Shown: piece by piece, positions 29,080 to 38,379 of the stretch
Layout: every line of letters begins with the position of its first letter
How positions within the stretch are numbered: the stretch's first letter is position 1
IMG/VR virus record: IMGVR_UViG_3300009529_000001
Coordinates: 32,001-96,000 of that record
DNA: 64,000 nucleotides
Direction: 5' to 3' (one strand)
Source of the DNA: a virus
Program-made: the position numbers and the translations under genes
Notes under the pieces: model-generated
What the model was told of the DNA's origin: nothing
Seen by the model: only the letters and a program-made list of their open reading frames with translations
Databases searched by the model: none

Positions 29080-29108
29080 TTGCAATAGGAAGTTCATGCT
29101 GTTATAAA
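29080..29108 (+). promoter_or_regulatory. promoter TTGCAA-N17-TATAAA (extended -10)
   Basis: Repeated promoter family. Confidence 0.7.
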
Positions 29109-29144
29109 CAGTGTATAAGGCCAGTAGGCTAAAAGGAAATTGTT

Positions 29145-30746
29145 ATGCCCATCCCGAATTGTCCTCAATGCGAAGCACCTATGAAAAAACGTATTCGGAA
29201 GAGTGATAATTCATTCTTCTGGGGATGTCCCAATTATTTTGATAAGGGATGCAAGGGTTTTCGTCTCTACAGAGATGAAGATAGAGCCGAAAGAAAAAAG
29301 ATCATACCTTCTAAATACCAGGAAGCTATTTTTGATTGGATTAAGGAAAGTAAAGGTCATGCTTTTGTAGAAGCTGTTGCTGGTTCGGGGAAGACCAGCA
29401 CTATCGAAATGTCCTTAGATTACCTATCGAAGAAGGATCAACGACAGACGATCTTCTGTGCTTTTAATAGGCACATAGCCAATGAGCTACAATCACGTGT
29501 CCCTGCGGGAGTGAGAGCGTCAACAATACATTCCCTAGGCTTTAACGCCATAAATAAATCATTCGACGAAAAACCTATGGTAGATAGTAAAAAGTTAATC
29601 AATATCATTAACGAAGTACTTGAACCCATACAATTTGATAAGTTGCAGACGAGAAAAGTTGTATTTGATATTCTTCAAAGATTGATTCCATTAGTCAAAG
29701 CTACACTGAAAAATCCTTCTAAAAGAAAAACAATGGAAAAGTTGTGTGAGCGTTATAGTATTGAGACTAACGGCGGATTCAATATAGCTTTTCCGCTAAT
29801 CGAAGAAGTATTAACAAAATGCAGAGAATACAAGTCTGTCATTGACTTCGATGATATGATTTGGTTGCCAGTGATTGAAAAAATTCCTGTTGAAAAATTC
29901 AAATGGATATTTGTCGATGAAGCGCAAGACTTAAATGCTTGCCAAATGGAATTTATCATGAAAATGCGCAAACGAGGAACGAGAATTGTTTGCGTAGGGG
30001 ATCGTCATCAGTCCATCTACGGCTTTAGAGGGGCTGACTTCCAAGCTGTACCAAAACTCATAAAGAAGTTAAAAGCCAAATGTCTACCTCTTAGTATTTG
30101 CTATCGTTGTGGAAAAACGATAGTTGAATATGCGAAGAGGATTGTTCCGCATATTGAAGCGTGGGATGAACAGGAAGACGGTGTTGTAGAAAGTTTACCA
30201 TCAATGCAAACTACTCAAGAAATGGAATATGGAAATATGGTTATGTGTAGAATCAACGCACCATTGATTCCGCTGGCTTATAGATTGATCAAAATGGATA
30301 AGAAGGTCGTAATTCGTGGAAGAGATATCGGTAAAGGATTAATAAATTTAATAGAAAAACTTGGCGGAACAACAGTTGAAGAATTGATTGTGCGTATCCA
30401 GGAATACCGAGCAAAGGAAATGAGAAAATTAGCATTAGCAAAGAAAGAAAACCAGCTTCAGACTCTTGAAGATAAATGTGATACGCTTATTGCTTTAACA
30501 GAAGGTATGAATAGTATTGCGGAGATCAAAAGCCGTATCGAATCAATCTTTAGCGATGATGTAACTGGCATTATTTTGAGCTCAATCCACAGAGCAAAAG
30601 GATTGGAAGCTGATACTACATTTATTCTTGAGCCCGGATTGTTACCGTTTCCAAAAGCTAAGGGCGAGAATCAAATGCAGCAAGAAAAAAACCTTGAGTA
30701 TGTCTGCTACACTAGGGCGAAAAAAAGAATGGTATTTATAAGATAG
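29145..30746 (+). CDS. UvrD/Rep-like SF1 helicase with an N-terminal topoisomerase-type zinc ribbon
   Basis: CPQC...FWGCPNY..C; AVAGSGKT; VDEAQD; VGDRHQSIYGFRGA; HRAKGLE; YVCYTRAK. Confidence 0.92.
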   Translation: MPIPNCPQCEAPMKKRIRKSDNSFFWGCPNYFDKGCKGFRLYRDEDRAERKKIIPSKYQEAIFDWIKESKGHAFVEAVAGSGKTSTIEMSLDYLSKKDQRQTIFCAFNRHIANELQSRVPAGVRASTIHSLGFNAINKSFDEKPMVDSKKLINIINEVLEPIQFDKLQTRKVVFDILQRLIPLVKATLKNPSKRKTMEKLCERYSIETNGGFNIAFPLIEEVLTKCREYKSVIDFDDMIWLPVIEKIPVEKFKWIFVDEAQDLNACQMEFIMKMRKRGTRIVCVGDRHQSIYGFRGADFQAVPKLIKKLKAKCLPLSICYRCGKTIVEYAKRIVPHIEAWDEQEDGVVESLPSMQTTQEMEYGNMVMCRINAPLIPLAYRLIKMDKKVVIRGRDIGKGLINLIEKLGGTTVEELIVRIQEYRAKEMRKLALAKKENQLQTLEDKCDTLIALTEGMNSIAEIKSRIESIFSDDVTGIILSSIHRAKGLEADTTFILEPGLLPFPKAKGENQMQQEKNLEYVCYTRAKKRMVFIR

Positions 30747-30755
30747 GAGATTGTT

Positions 30756-31313
30756 ATGATTGAATGGGAAAATATTATAGATGGAGACGACTACTCTGCA
30801 TTTGGACCCGAAGAAGATACGGGCGAAATGAAGTTTAGAGTCCAAATTAAAGTAGATAATCTTGATTCTGCTGCTGGTGAATTAGCATGGTATGGACAAG
30901 TTAATGTTGTAAAAAATCCTTTTCAAATACCAAAAGAAGAATTTGAAAAAGCATTAAGATTAATGGGTTTTGATTCTGAAGGGCCAGAGATTACTGGTTT
31001 AAATGAACTAGCACTATATGAAATATTATCGTCATACGGAATACATGCTACGGTCTTTCAGTGTCTTGCATGGTATGGGAAGCCAAAAGATCTTAGTTGG
31101 GGTCAAGGAATGATTACTATGGATTTTATCAACGAAGACGAGGATTGGGAACCCGCTTTTGAGTGGGTAAAGAAAAAAGTAGAAGAAGAAGCACAAGGTG
31201 TTTATATCATGTTAGGTATGTATCTTGATCGTGTTTTGAATAAAATAGGTTCCACAGGTTGGGACTTTATCAACGGCGATGTTCTTAGGCCGATAAGGGA
31301 GATGAAAAAATGA
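30756..31313 (+). CDS. hypothetical acidic protein
   Basis: ORF with SD AGGAG. Confidence 0.7.
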   Translation: MIEWENIIDGDDYSAFGPEEDTGEMKFRVQIKVDNLDSAAGELAWYGQVNVVKNPFQIPKEEFEKALRLMGFDSEGPEITGLNELALYEILSSYGIHATVFQCLAWYGKPKDLSWGQGMITMDFINEDEDWEPAFEWVKKKVEEEAQGVYIMLGMYLDRVLNKIGSTGWDFINGDVLRPIREMKK

Positions 31314-31645
31314 AAGATGATGAAGTGAAGCGGCCGGAAGATCCGTTTACTCAAATAACTAAAGAGGCAGAAATACAACCGTATCCGATTCAGAGAGAAG
31401 GGAATAAGCTTGTTTGTACCGCTTGTGGTGAAAGAATGTGGATGGGAGTTTTTCCAGGATATCGTCCTATCGTTTGGAGTTTTCAATCTGAGGATGGTAC
31501 CACTACCCTAAAGTGCATTTGCGGGAATGTAAGTTCCATCGAAGGACCTCCGAAACAGTTTCTTCTCTTGTTAAAAATTGGAGAAAAGATTTTATTCACA
31601 AATGTAACAAAAATCATTGGTGTATTACTAACCCAGAATTTTTAA
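31310..31645 (+). CDS. hypothetical zinc-binding protein
   Basis: CTAC...CICG. Confidence 0.55.
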   Translation: MKDDEVKRPEDPFTQITKEAEIQPYPIQREGNKLVCTACGERMWMGVFPGYRPIVWSFQSEDGTTTLKCICGNVSSIEGPPKQFLLLLKIGEKILFTNVTKIIGVLLTQNF

Positions 31646-31655
31646 AGGATTAATT

Positions 31656-31847
31656 ATGTCTAATTTTAAAAAGGAAAAAAAAATGGTTAAATTCAGTAGA
31701 TGGTGGTATCGTTTTCGTGGAAATTTTTACGCTTATGGTCCTACTACTAAAAAATTTAGTTCTGAAAGAAAAGTACGAGCACATCTACGTGAAGTTTGGG
31801 AATGCAAACGTCTCCCTTATGGTACGGAAATTTGGAGAGCTGATTAA
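31656..31847 (+). CDS. hypothetical protein
   Basis: Short ORF in early cluster. Confidence 0.55.
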   Translation: MSNFKKEKKMVKFSRWWYRFRGNFYAYGPTTKKFSSERKVRAHLREVWECKRLPYGTEIWRAD

Positions 31848-32146
31848 TGGTTAAAAGAACAAAAACTCAGGCTATGAGGGAAGAACGACTACATAAACTT
31901 CCTATGGATGAAAGAATGAAAAGAGTATTGGAAACTATTTGGCAAATAATTGCTTGTGATTGTTTACAGTCGACAGATAACGGTATAATGTCACAAGATG
32001 AAGTTATCGAAATAGTTCTTGACGCAAGTCGTCCTGAAACATTAGGCGGTGACAAAGAAGCTGCTAAGGAATTAGATAAAATGTCTTACGAAGATCAGAT
32101 CAAAATTGCCAAAGAAGTTTTTAAGTATAGGGAATATGGTTATTAG
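31847..32146 (+). CDS. hypothetical protein
   Basis: Coupled ORF. Confidence 0.65.
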   Translation: MVKRTKTQAMREERLHKLPMDERMKRVLETIWQIIACDCLQSTDNGIMSQDEVIEIVLDASRPETLGGDKEAAKELDKMSYEDQIKIAKEVFKYREYGY

Positions 32147-32149
32147 GAG

Positions 32150-32368
32150 ATGATGATGGCTAATACGATGACTAAAAGACAGCTTGAGGTTCTAGTATAC
32201 GCTGCAATTAGACGATTGCGAAAATATAAGGAACGTATGCAGACTCATGATACAGATGAAGCTAAACGTATTGTATTGAAAACCAGCGGACAACTTGAAG
32301 CTTTAGAAGATGTATATTCTGCAATGCAAGGTAATCCAGTTCTATTAAAAATGATAGCAGAAGAATAG
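32150..32368 (+). CDS. hypothetical protein
   Basis: SD AGGAG. Confidence 0.65.
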   Translation: MMMANTMTKRQLEVLVYAAIRRLRKYKERMQTHDTDEAKRIVLKTSGQLEALEDVYSAMQGNPVLLKMIAEE

Positions 32369-32379
32369 GGAGGTAAATC

Positions 32380-32646
32380 ATGGATAAAGTATCTGGTGAT
32401 GAACTTGCAAGTGTCGTAGAAAATTCTTTAAATACGTATAATTTCACCGAAGATATTGAAAAATTTGTAGAACGAATGAGTTGTTCTCATAGGACTTTAC
32501 AACAAACTTTCACAAGACTTTGTATTAAATGGTTAACTCATCTTTCTGAAGTAGGAAATAATTACGATCTTAGAAATGAAGCTAGTGTAGATTTTACTAA
32601 GTCTATCAAAAAAGAATTGAACAAAGCAGCACTACCATTTATCTAA
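32380..32646 (+). CDS. hypothetical protein
   Basis: SD GGGAGG; HRTLQQ motif. Confidence 0.7.
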   Translation: MDKVSGDELASVVENSLNTYNFTEDIEKFVERMSCSHRTLQQTFTRLCIKWLTHLSEVGNNYDLRNEASVDFTKSIKKELNKAALPFI

Positions 32647-32656
32647 GGAATAACAA

Positions 32657-32884
32657 ATGTATTTTGTAATCCAAAAATGTGGAACTACAGATAATTCATG
32701 GGCTATTTTCAAAGTAGGCTCTACAAAACCTACGATGAAAGGATTATCAGAGAATGATGCAAAGTTTCATCAAGAAAATCTTAACAAGATTGAAGATGAT
32801 ATAAAAGAGAGTAAACCTGAAGAACCAGATAAGACTTTAACCTTGGCAATTAACGGCTACATAGCCGATAAAGAGCATAAATAG
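32657..32884 (+). CDS. hypothetical protein
   Basis: SD AAGGA. Confidence 0.6.
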   Translation: MYFVIQKCGTTDNSWAIFKVGSTKPTMKGLSENDAKFHQENLNKIEDDIKESKPEEPDKTLTLAINGYIADKEHK

Positions 32885-32961
32885 GATCGTTTTAAGGCCC
32901 GTCAGACGTTTCAAACGGGTTAAATGGTATACCGAGTAGGTCGTAATATTTTGGAGGTTGT

Positions 32962-33348
32962 ATGACACATAACTTCAAACTCGATTGGGAAGTAGGATAT
33001 AAGATTGTGAAGGCTTTGCCTTCAGGTTTGTGGTCTATTTTTTACCATCAAGGAGCAGAAGTACGTTATTCACCAATGGGAAAAATAGTTGCTCCTAAAA
33101 AAAGTTGTGGACCTCTTGCTGTTTTTGTAGATTTACCAAGAGCAGAAGTATTTGCAAGAGTATGTATACGTCATCATGGTGTAGGAAAAAGAATTGTACA
33201 AATATTTGAATGTTTGTATCTTCCAAGTGAGGAAAAAAGTCTTTGGAGAATACATAGAAGTGTGTTTAGTAGGAATCTAGATACTACTCCTTGGGGGACA
33301 GTATTTGCCAGCAGATTAAAATTACTTGGGAAAAACTTAAGGGAATAA
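32962..33348 (+). CDS. hypothetical protein
   Basis: SD GGAGG. Confidence 0.65.
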   Translation: MTHNFKLDWEVGYKIVKALPSGLWSIFYHQGAEVRYSPMGKIVAPKKSCGPLAVFVDLPRAEVFARVCIRHHGVGKRIVQIFECLYLPSEEKSLWRIHRSVFSRNLDTTPWGTVFASRLKLLGKNLRE

Positions 33349-33350
33349 TT

Positions 33351-33677
33351 ATGATCGCTTTCACAAAAGCATCCAGTCATAGTAAATTCTTTGGCGACAA
33401 ACAATTGTTCAAACTTGGGACATTGTATGTTTCTGAAGGAGTTATAGAAATTTTTGATTTATATAATGTAGAAGGTACTAAGTTTGTAGAACTTCTTAAA
33501 AGACATTCTAAGGGAGATTGGGGTGATGTAGATAATCATGACAAAAAAATCAATGACAGTGCTGTAAAACATGGAGGACGAATTCTTAGTTCTTACAAGG
33601 TAAATGAAAAAGAAGTATGGGTCATTACAGAAGACGATAGAAGTTCCACAATAATGATAACACCTGAGGAGTATTAA
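33351..33677 (+). CDS. conserved phage/plasmid hypothetical protein
   Basis: LKRHSKGDWGDV...GRILSSY...VWVITEDDRSSTIMITPEEY pattern. Confidence 0.75.
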   Translation: MIAFTKASSHSKFFGDKQLFKLGTLYVSEGVIEIFDLYNVEGTKFVELLKRHSKGDWGDVDNHDKKINDSAVKHGGRILSSYKVNEKEVWVITEDDRSSTIMITPEEY

Positions 33678-33678
33678 T

Positions 33679-33855
33679 ATGATTTCCAAACAAACAGTTA
33701 GGGAAGTTTGTAAGGTAATAGAAAACTGGAGAACTGAATGGTCTATACCACACGGTTCTGTATTGGCTCTTCTTAGAAAACTTACTACAGTCAAAGGAAA
33801 TAAAAGTTTTACGGAAACTATACAAACTATAAGACAAGAGTACTTCAACCTATAA
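33679..33855 (+). CDS. hypothetical protein (58 aa, not in the ORF track)
   Basis: SD GAGGAG; fills the gap before a promoter. Confidence 0.6.
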   Translation: MISKQTVREVCKVIENWRTEWSIPHGSVLALLRKLTTVKGNKSFTETIQTIRQEYFNL

Positions 33856-33878
33856 ATTCAAACAATATTAAAAACCCC

Positions 33879-33907
33879 TTGCAAAGTGAAAATCCTTATG
33901 CTATACC
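33879..33907 (+). promoter_or_regulatory. promoter TTGCAA-N17-TATACC (extended -10)
   Basis: Repeated promoter family. Confidence 0.7.
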
Positions 33908-33939
33908 CTATATAGTAAGGTAAGCAAAGGAGTTAAAGG

Positions 33940-34140
33940 ATGCAAGTAATGTATGATACGATTAACAAAAAACTTGATTCAATTGTAGCTGGTGTAGTTG
34001 AGATTAAAAATGAATTAGCACAACGTGATGCAACCGAAGAAGAACTTAAAAACGTTATTTCTCAGTTAACTGATGTAGATAGCAATTTGTGGGATATTGA
34101 AGAATATGTTGAGTATTTTGCCAAAAAGAAAGGAAGGTAA
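33940..34140 (+). CDS. hypothetical coiled-coil protein
   Basis: SD after promoter. Confidence 0.65.
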   Translation: MQVMYDTINKKLDSIVAGVVEIKNELAQRDATEEELKNVISQLTDVDSNLWDIEEYVEYFAKKKGR

Positions 34141-34143
34141 GTA

Positions 34144-34332
34144 ATGGAAAAACCTTCAGTTAGCCTTGTTGGTGAAGATGGCAATGTGTTCAATGTAATT
34201 GGACGCGTATGTAAGGCATTACGTAAAGCTAAGATGCCTGAGCAGGCGCGGGAATTTCAAGCGAAAGCACTTAGTTCAGGCAGTTATGATGAAGTTCTTC
34301 GACTTGCTACAGAATACTGTGAAGTTTCTTAA
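34144..34332 (+). CDS. conserved hypothetical phage protein
   Basis: LVGEDGNVFNVIGRV...SGSYDEVL. Confidence 0.75.
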   Translation: MEKPSVSLVGEDGNVFNVIGRVCKALRKAKMPEQAREFQAKALSSGSYDEVLRLATEYCEVS

Positions 34333-34364
34333 AGATGACCAGTAGGTCTAAAGGAGACAATGTT

Positions 34365-34598
34365 ATGGCAGAAGAAACAGAGACAGAACTGGTCTATACA
34401 CGTGACAAAAGGTATGGCTCATGCTTTTTGTCACAAGAAGTGGAGATTCTGCTAAAGGAAGTTCCCAGTGACGGACACCGTGAAAAAAGCAAAGCATTTG
34501 AAGTAACAATCTACGGAGGTATTATCTATACACATATGCACATGGAAGATGTCATTGCGGAACTCGTGGAGGTTTTCCAAAGGATCGAGGAAAACTAA
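34365..34598 (+). CDS. hypothetical protein
   Basis: SD AAGGAG. Confidence 0.6.
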   Translation: MAEETETELVYTRDKRYGSCFLSQEVEILLKEVPSDGHREKSKAFEVTIYGGIIYTHMHMEDVIAELVEVFQRIEEN

Positions 34599-34852
34599 TG
34601 GGAAAGAAAACGATAGCTACATTAATTGGAGAAGAACTTGAACCTATACTATGGAAAAATGTAAATGACGGTATGATTGTTTATCTTTATGCCACACACG
34701 AAGGGAAAGAATATGATGGATGTGGCCCTTTTCGTGTGATAAACGCAAATAAAAGAACACTCACACGTTGTGATAGCCATAGGCAATTTTTTCATTATCC
34801 TGAGGAATTGTATCGTTTAACAGGAAAAATTAAATTAATAGGAGATCTATAA
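34598..34852 (+). CDS. hypothetical protein
   Basis: Coupled ORF. Confidence 0.6.
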   Translation: MGKKTIATLIGEELEPILWKNVNDGMIVYLYATHEGKEYDGCGPFRVINANKRTLTRCDSHRQFFHYPEELYRLTGKIKLIGDL

Positions 34853-35040
34853 TGGCGAAAGGAAAAAACAAAACTCCCATAAGAATGCACACTTGCATTA
34901 GTTGTGAAGAAGAAGTATCTTGTCGTCAGTCACTTGCTGTAATTGGTGACAAATGGAAAGGTTATCGTGCTGGTAAAGGATTTCCGAGCAATCAGGCCGA
35001 AAGGAAGTGCAGGAAGAAGTGCAAAACAAAAGAAAATTGA
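34852..35040 (+). CDS. small Cys-containing hypothetical protein
   Basis: Coupled ORF. Confidence 0.55.
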   Translation: MAKGKNKTPIRMHTCISCEEEVSCRQSLAVIGDKWKGYRAGKGFPSNQAERKCRKKCKTKEN

Positions 35041-35195
35041 TAAATAAAGATTCTTGTTTTGAATGTGAAGGCAAAGGATGGGTTTTTGCTGATGATAACG
35101 ATATGATGGGAAATTATCTTCCGAGTAGATGCATACCGTGTGAAGTTTGTAATGGAACTGGGAAAACCAAAGGAGGGATTGAAGATGGACGTTGA
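35037..35195 (+). CDS. small DnaJ-type CxxCxGxG zinc-finger protein
   Basis: CFECEGKG...CEVCNGTG. Confidence 0.55.
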   Translation: MINKDSCFECEGKGWVFADDNDMMGNYLPSRCIPCEVCNGTGKTKGGIEDGR

Positions 35196-35517
35196 CGATC
35201 TGACTATCAGAGAAGTGAAGCGGCTGCAAGCAATGTTCGGGGCTGGTGAGCCGGGAATCCCAATCGTTGACGTGGGGCGGAAGGTTTTTATCCGCACGGT
35301 TACGCACCACTACACCGGGCGGGTGACCGCGTGCAATCCCGCGTGGCTTGAACTGGAAGAAGCCGCGTGGATCGCTTACGACGGACGATTTCACGAATGT
35401 CTGGCGAACGGTACGCCGGATGAGGTTGAGCCATTCGTGGATTGGGTCCGCATTCCTGTCGGCTCGATCATCGACCTGACTCCCTGGAACCATGATCTGC
35501 CGCAAAAGGTGAAATAA
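35185..35517 (+). CDS. conserved phage protein (Sm/DUF6948-like), GC-rich
   Basis: VFIRTVTHHYTGRV...AAWIAYDGRF...EVEP; SD GGAGGG. Confidence 0.75.
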   Translation: MDVDDLTIREVKRLQAMFGAGEPGIPIVDVGRKVFIRTVTHHYTGRVTACNPAWLELEEAAWIAYDGRFHECLANGTPDEVEPFVDWVRIPVGSIIDLTPWNHDLPQKVK

Positions 35518-35518
35518 T

Positions 35519-35758
35519 ATGAATCAAGCTCTATTAAGAACAAGTTTTGATTGGTCAAGGTCATGGTCAAGGTCATGGTCAAGGTCAAGGTCAAGGTCAT
35601 GGTCATGGTCATGGTCAAGGTCAAGGTCAGGGTCATGGTCAGGGTCAAGGTCAGGGTCATGGTCAGGGTCAAGGTCAGGGTCAAGGTCAGGGTCAAGGTC
35701 AAGGTCAGGGTCAAGGTCAGGGTCAGGGTCAAGGTCAGGGTCAAGGTCAAAGGAATAA
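35519..35758 (+). CDS. Ser-Arg/Ser-Trp/Ser-Gly dipeptide repeat protein
   Basis: MNQALLRTSFDW(SR/SW/SG)n. Confidence 0.6.
   Translation: MNQALLRTSFDWSRSWSRSWSRSRSRSWSWSWSRSRSGSWSGSRSGSWSGSRSGSRSGSRSRSGSRSGSGSRSGSRSKE
35553..35750 (+). repeat. tandem hexamer repeat (GGTCAD) x33
   Basis: GGTCAA/GGTCAT/GGTCAG units. Confidence 0.95.
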
Positions 35759-35760
35759 TT

Positions 35761-35934
35761 ATGAGCAACAAACGAAGAAATAAATGGAAGAAGCCTAAGC
35801 CTGGAAGCCTACGATCAAGACCCGAAGATCGTAAGGGTTCAGATGCACATCAAAGAGCGAAGAAATGTGAAGAAATTAGGCGTAGACGAGATTTTTGTGT
35901 CTATAGCGGAATTTTTAGTGGACAATTTGATTAG
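35761..35934 (+). CDS. hypothetical basic protein
   Basis: ATG at 35761 with SD AAGGA. Confidence 0.55.
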   Translation: MSNKRRNKWKKPKPGSLRSRPEDRKGSDAHQRAKKCEEIRRRRDFCVYSGIFSGQFD

Positions 35935-35942
35935 GAACTGAC

Positions 35943-36242
35943 ATGCAAATCCTTGATGCTTATTATTCTTCTGAAGCTGCTGAACTTCATGGCTACGCCA
36001 TCTATAAAAATGGATGGGGACGAGAAGTTACAGTCACAGAAGTTGTAACTGCCGGTAAGAAACCAGGATCAGTGTGGGAAGATCTTCGATTTGTCGGAAA
36101 AGTAATTGAGTTTGTCGAATCATATCCAAGCCTCATAGATGTGTTTTTCGATGAATTATACGATAGAGAAGAAGATTTTTGTAGGAATCCGGATTACGAA
36201 ATTTACGAAGAGGAATATAGAAAGGAGTATTGTTATGGCTGA
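35943..36242 (+). CDS. hypothetical protein
   Basis: ORF with SD. Confidence 0.65.
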   Translation: MQILDAYYSSEAAELHGYAIYKNGWGREVTVTEVVTAGKKPGSVWEDLRFVGKVIEFVESYPSLIDVFFDELYDREEDFCRNPDYEIYEEEYRKEYCYG

Positions 36243-36624
36243 AGAAAAGAAAAACCCATTGGATATTTTTGTTGAAGTATGTGCAGATTTTAACGCTGCA
36301 ATCAATAACCTTACTTATATGGATATACGCGCTCTTGAAGAAATGAGAATAGAGGGTAGTGAAGAAGATTTCTCGGCACGTGAAGTCCTAATATTTTTAG
36401 GACAAATGCACGATTTCACAGAACGTATCGAAAAACACGTAAACAATTACATTGGACCTATCAAAATAAACGGAGTCAAAATAAATTGGGTTCCTATTGA
36501 TAAACAAATCGAAACTGGACACACAATCAAAGCAATAAAATTGTTAAGAGACCAAGTTCCAATTGTTTTAAATGCAGCAAAAGAAGTGATCGAAAAACGA
36601 AGAGGGGATAAAGACGATGGCTGA
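36235..36624 (+). CDS. hypothetical protein with an L7/L12-CTD-like C-terminus
   Basis: TIKAIKLLRDQVPIVLNAAKEVIE. Confidence 0.55.
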   Translation: MAEEKKNPLDIFVEVCADFNAAINNLTYMDIRALEEMRIEGSEEDFSAREVLIFLGQMHDFTERIEKHVNNYIGPIKINGVKINWVPIDKQIETGHTIKAIKLLRDQVPIVLNAAKEVIEKRRGDKDDG

Positions 36625-36817
36625 TACCGATCATGACGTATGGTCTAAGTTTCCGGACGACGATGAATGGAAACAACGTGCTATTATGCCTGACAAGGAT
36701 AGCGCACTTCTTGCTATGTTTGAACTTGTTGATACCGATCATGCAAATGGACAGATTGGTGGAAAATACAAAACACTTTCCACAAGAGGTAATATTGTGA
36801 GGGAGGTTTATCCATGA
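36617..36817 (+). CDS. hypothetical protein
   Basis: Coupled ORF. Confidence 0.6.
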   Translation: MADTDHDVWSKFPDDDEWKQRAIMPDKDSALLAMFELVDTDHANGQIGGKYKTLSTRGNIVREVYP

Positions 36818-37044
36818 ACGAATATGAAGAAGAACAAATGGCAAGACAAAAACGTCACAGAGATTATGTAGGTATTTCTTGGATAGGTGCTTTCATGATG
36901 TTGTTTTCTTTAATCCTTCCAATTATCATTTGGTGTAACGGAGGAGGATTTTTCTCAGGACTTGAATGGTGTCTCGGACTCATGTTAGCAGGATTATTTG
37001 TTTATGGAGCAGGAGGAGCAGGAACAGGATTTAATAAGCCATAA
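36814..37044 (+). CDS. small membrane protein
   Basis: Two hydrophobic segments; SD GGAGG. Confidence 0.65.
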   Translation: MNEYEEEQMARQKRHRDYVGISWIGAFMMLFSLILPIIIWCNGGGFFSGLEWCLGLMLAGLFVYGAGGAGTGFNKP

Positions 37045-37138
37045 GGCTCAAAAAGTATTGATAGTAGAACAGTCCCTTATAAATGGGATAGTATTTAGTT
37101 TATGTCATACTTTAAAGTTTTTAATAGGGAGCGAAATC

Positions 37139-37411
37139 ATGGTTACAAAAGAACAATATAAAGCGGCGTGTGATGCTCTTCAAATTAATGAAGGCGCTTG
37201 TAATGGCAGGGGAGTTTCAAAGGCTCTTGCCAAGGCTTATGACGCTTGGGAAGGTGATACAGATGAGTCTAATAGATCGGCTCCAGTAAGACTGATCCTT
37301 TACCAACTTTGTCATCTTGCGAAGATACCAGTAGATCTTTCAATGAGTGAATATGGCGAAGACGTCAACAAATGCAAACAAATCAAAGAAGAATACGAAA
37401 GTTCAAAGTAA
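37139..37411 (+). CDS. hypothetical protein
   Basis: SD GGGGAG. Confidence 0.65.
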   Translation: MVTKEQYKAACDALQINEGACNGRGVSKALAKAYDAWEGDTDESNRSAPVRLILYQLCHLAKIPVDLSMSEYGEDVNKCKQIKEEYESSK

Positions 37412-37434
37412 TTTGGGTTAAAACAAAAAAGGAG

Positions 37435-37463
37435 TTGCAAAAAGATTTTCCTTACGTTACAAT
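37435..37463 (+). promoter_or_regulatory. promoter TTGCAA-N17-TACAAT
   Basis: Repeated promoter family. Confidence 0.75.
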
Positions 37464-37516
37464 AGTATTAAATAAACAGGCGTAGGAACGCCACAACCTT
37501 TGGAAAGGAGACAAGA

Positions 37517-37882
37517 ATGGCTAAGAAAGAGAAGAAACCTCGTTACGAGCACCAGAACCCCGAAGAGGTAAGAATGGGCAAGACAGCCGTCAAGAATCCC
37601 ATTCATGGTGCGCGAGGCTGGAAGCGGGCAACCACGATTGCTCTGGTGGTTGCTTTCGGGAAGCTGAAGAAGCGCGACATCAAGAGGTCGGAACTGGCTA
37701 CGCTCTTGACGATGGCGGGTATCACGTTCAAGTGCGATAGCCCGAAGGAAGGACTGTCCGGCCAGGATCGTGAGGCTAACGCCTACGCGAAGTGGGGACT
37801 TGACAACGCGAAGACCTACAACAACAAGAAGGTCGAAACGGTGATGGGATTCGCGGAAGCTGTGGTAAGCAAGAGTTCCTAA
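37517..37882 (+). CDS. novel basic protein, paralog of 41720-42133; GC-rich, monocistronic
   Basis: Own promoter, SD AAGGAG and terminator; colinear similarity to 41720. Confidence 0.85.
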   Translation: MAKKEKKPRYEHQNPEEVRMGKTAVKNPIHGARGWKRATTIALVVAFGKLKKRDIKRSELATLLTMAGITFKCDSPKEGLSGQDREANAYAKWGLDNAKTYNNKKVETVMGFAEAVVSKSS

Positions 37883-37911
37883 AATCCCTAGTGCTACGGG
37901 GATGCGGGGGG

Positions 37912-37950
37912 AAGCGTGGGATGGTGACGGCACTGTTCCACGCTTTTTTT
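37912..37950 (+). terminator. intrinsic terminator
   Basis: AAGCGTGGGATGGTG-ACGG-CACTGTTCCACGCTT followed by a T run. Confidence 0.85.
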
Positions 37951-37970
37951 CCAATGGTATTAAAAAAGAG

Positions 37971-37999
37971 TTGCAAAATGAATACAATGAACTTATACT
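37971..37999 (+). promoter_or_regulatory. promoter TTGCAA-N17-TATACT
   Basis: Repeated promoter family. Confidence 0.8.
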
Positions 38000-38040
38000 A
38001 TATACAGTAGCAAAGGGGTTGAAAACAAAGGAGACAAGAA

Positions 38041-38379
38041 ATGATTGAAATCAATGAAGAAGAAGTTGTTACTAGTAGAAAGTTGAAGCTTGAAGGCGTA
38101 GAATGGCGTGTAACAAAAAGGGAAAACGGCCGCACTAATGAATATATGTTGCGGCAGATTTGGGAAATCGAGGAGTTTCCTGTCATTGAAAATACGCTTT
38201 CGAGACTGGAATACTTTGACGATGGTGATGCAGAAAACGGCCCGCGAATAGGATCAGATTGGGTTGATATCGAACATTCACAAATGATGGGCAAACCTTG
38301 CGAAACACAAGATGAAGCGGATAACTTTGTCGAGCAGATTCTCATTGAAATATTGGAAGCGAAAATAGGACAGCAATGA
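38041..38379 (+). CDS. hypothetical acidic protein
   Basis: SD AAGGAGACAAGAA, same leader as 37517. Confidence 0.7.
   Translation: MIEINEEEVVTSRKLKLEGVEWRVTKRENGRTNEYMLRQIWEIEEFPVIENTLSRLEYFDDGDAENGPRIGSDWVDIEHSQMMGKPCETQDEADNFVEQILIEILEAKIGQQ

Noticed and set aside
18230-34600. Short A-tract-poor patches inside genes (about 18.3, 21.2, 27.2, 29.4, 34.4 kb)
   Set aside because: Visible by eye, but no shared motif or periodicity could be established without computation.
35553-35750. Possible CRISPR array
   Set aside because: 6-bp tandem units with no spacers. No repeat-spacer structure was seen anywhere in the window.
35391-35934. Alternative frames over the hexamer repeat (poly-LT, poly-GQ, poly-VK)
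   Set aside because: By-products of a stop-free repeat. The SR/SW frame has a coupled start and a unique N-terminus.
37883-37950. tRNA-like GC-rich segment
   Set aside because: No cloverleaf or TTCG T-loop; explained by an intrinsic terminator.
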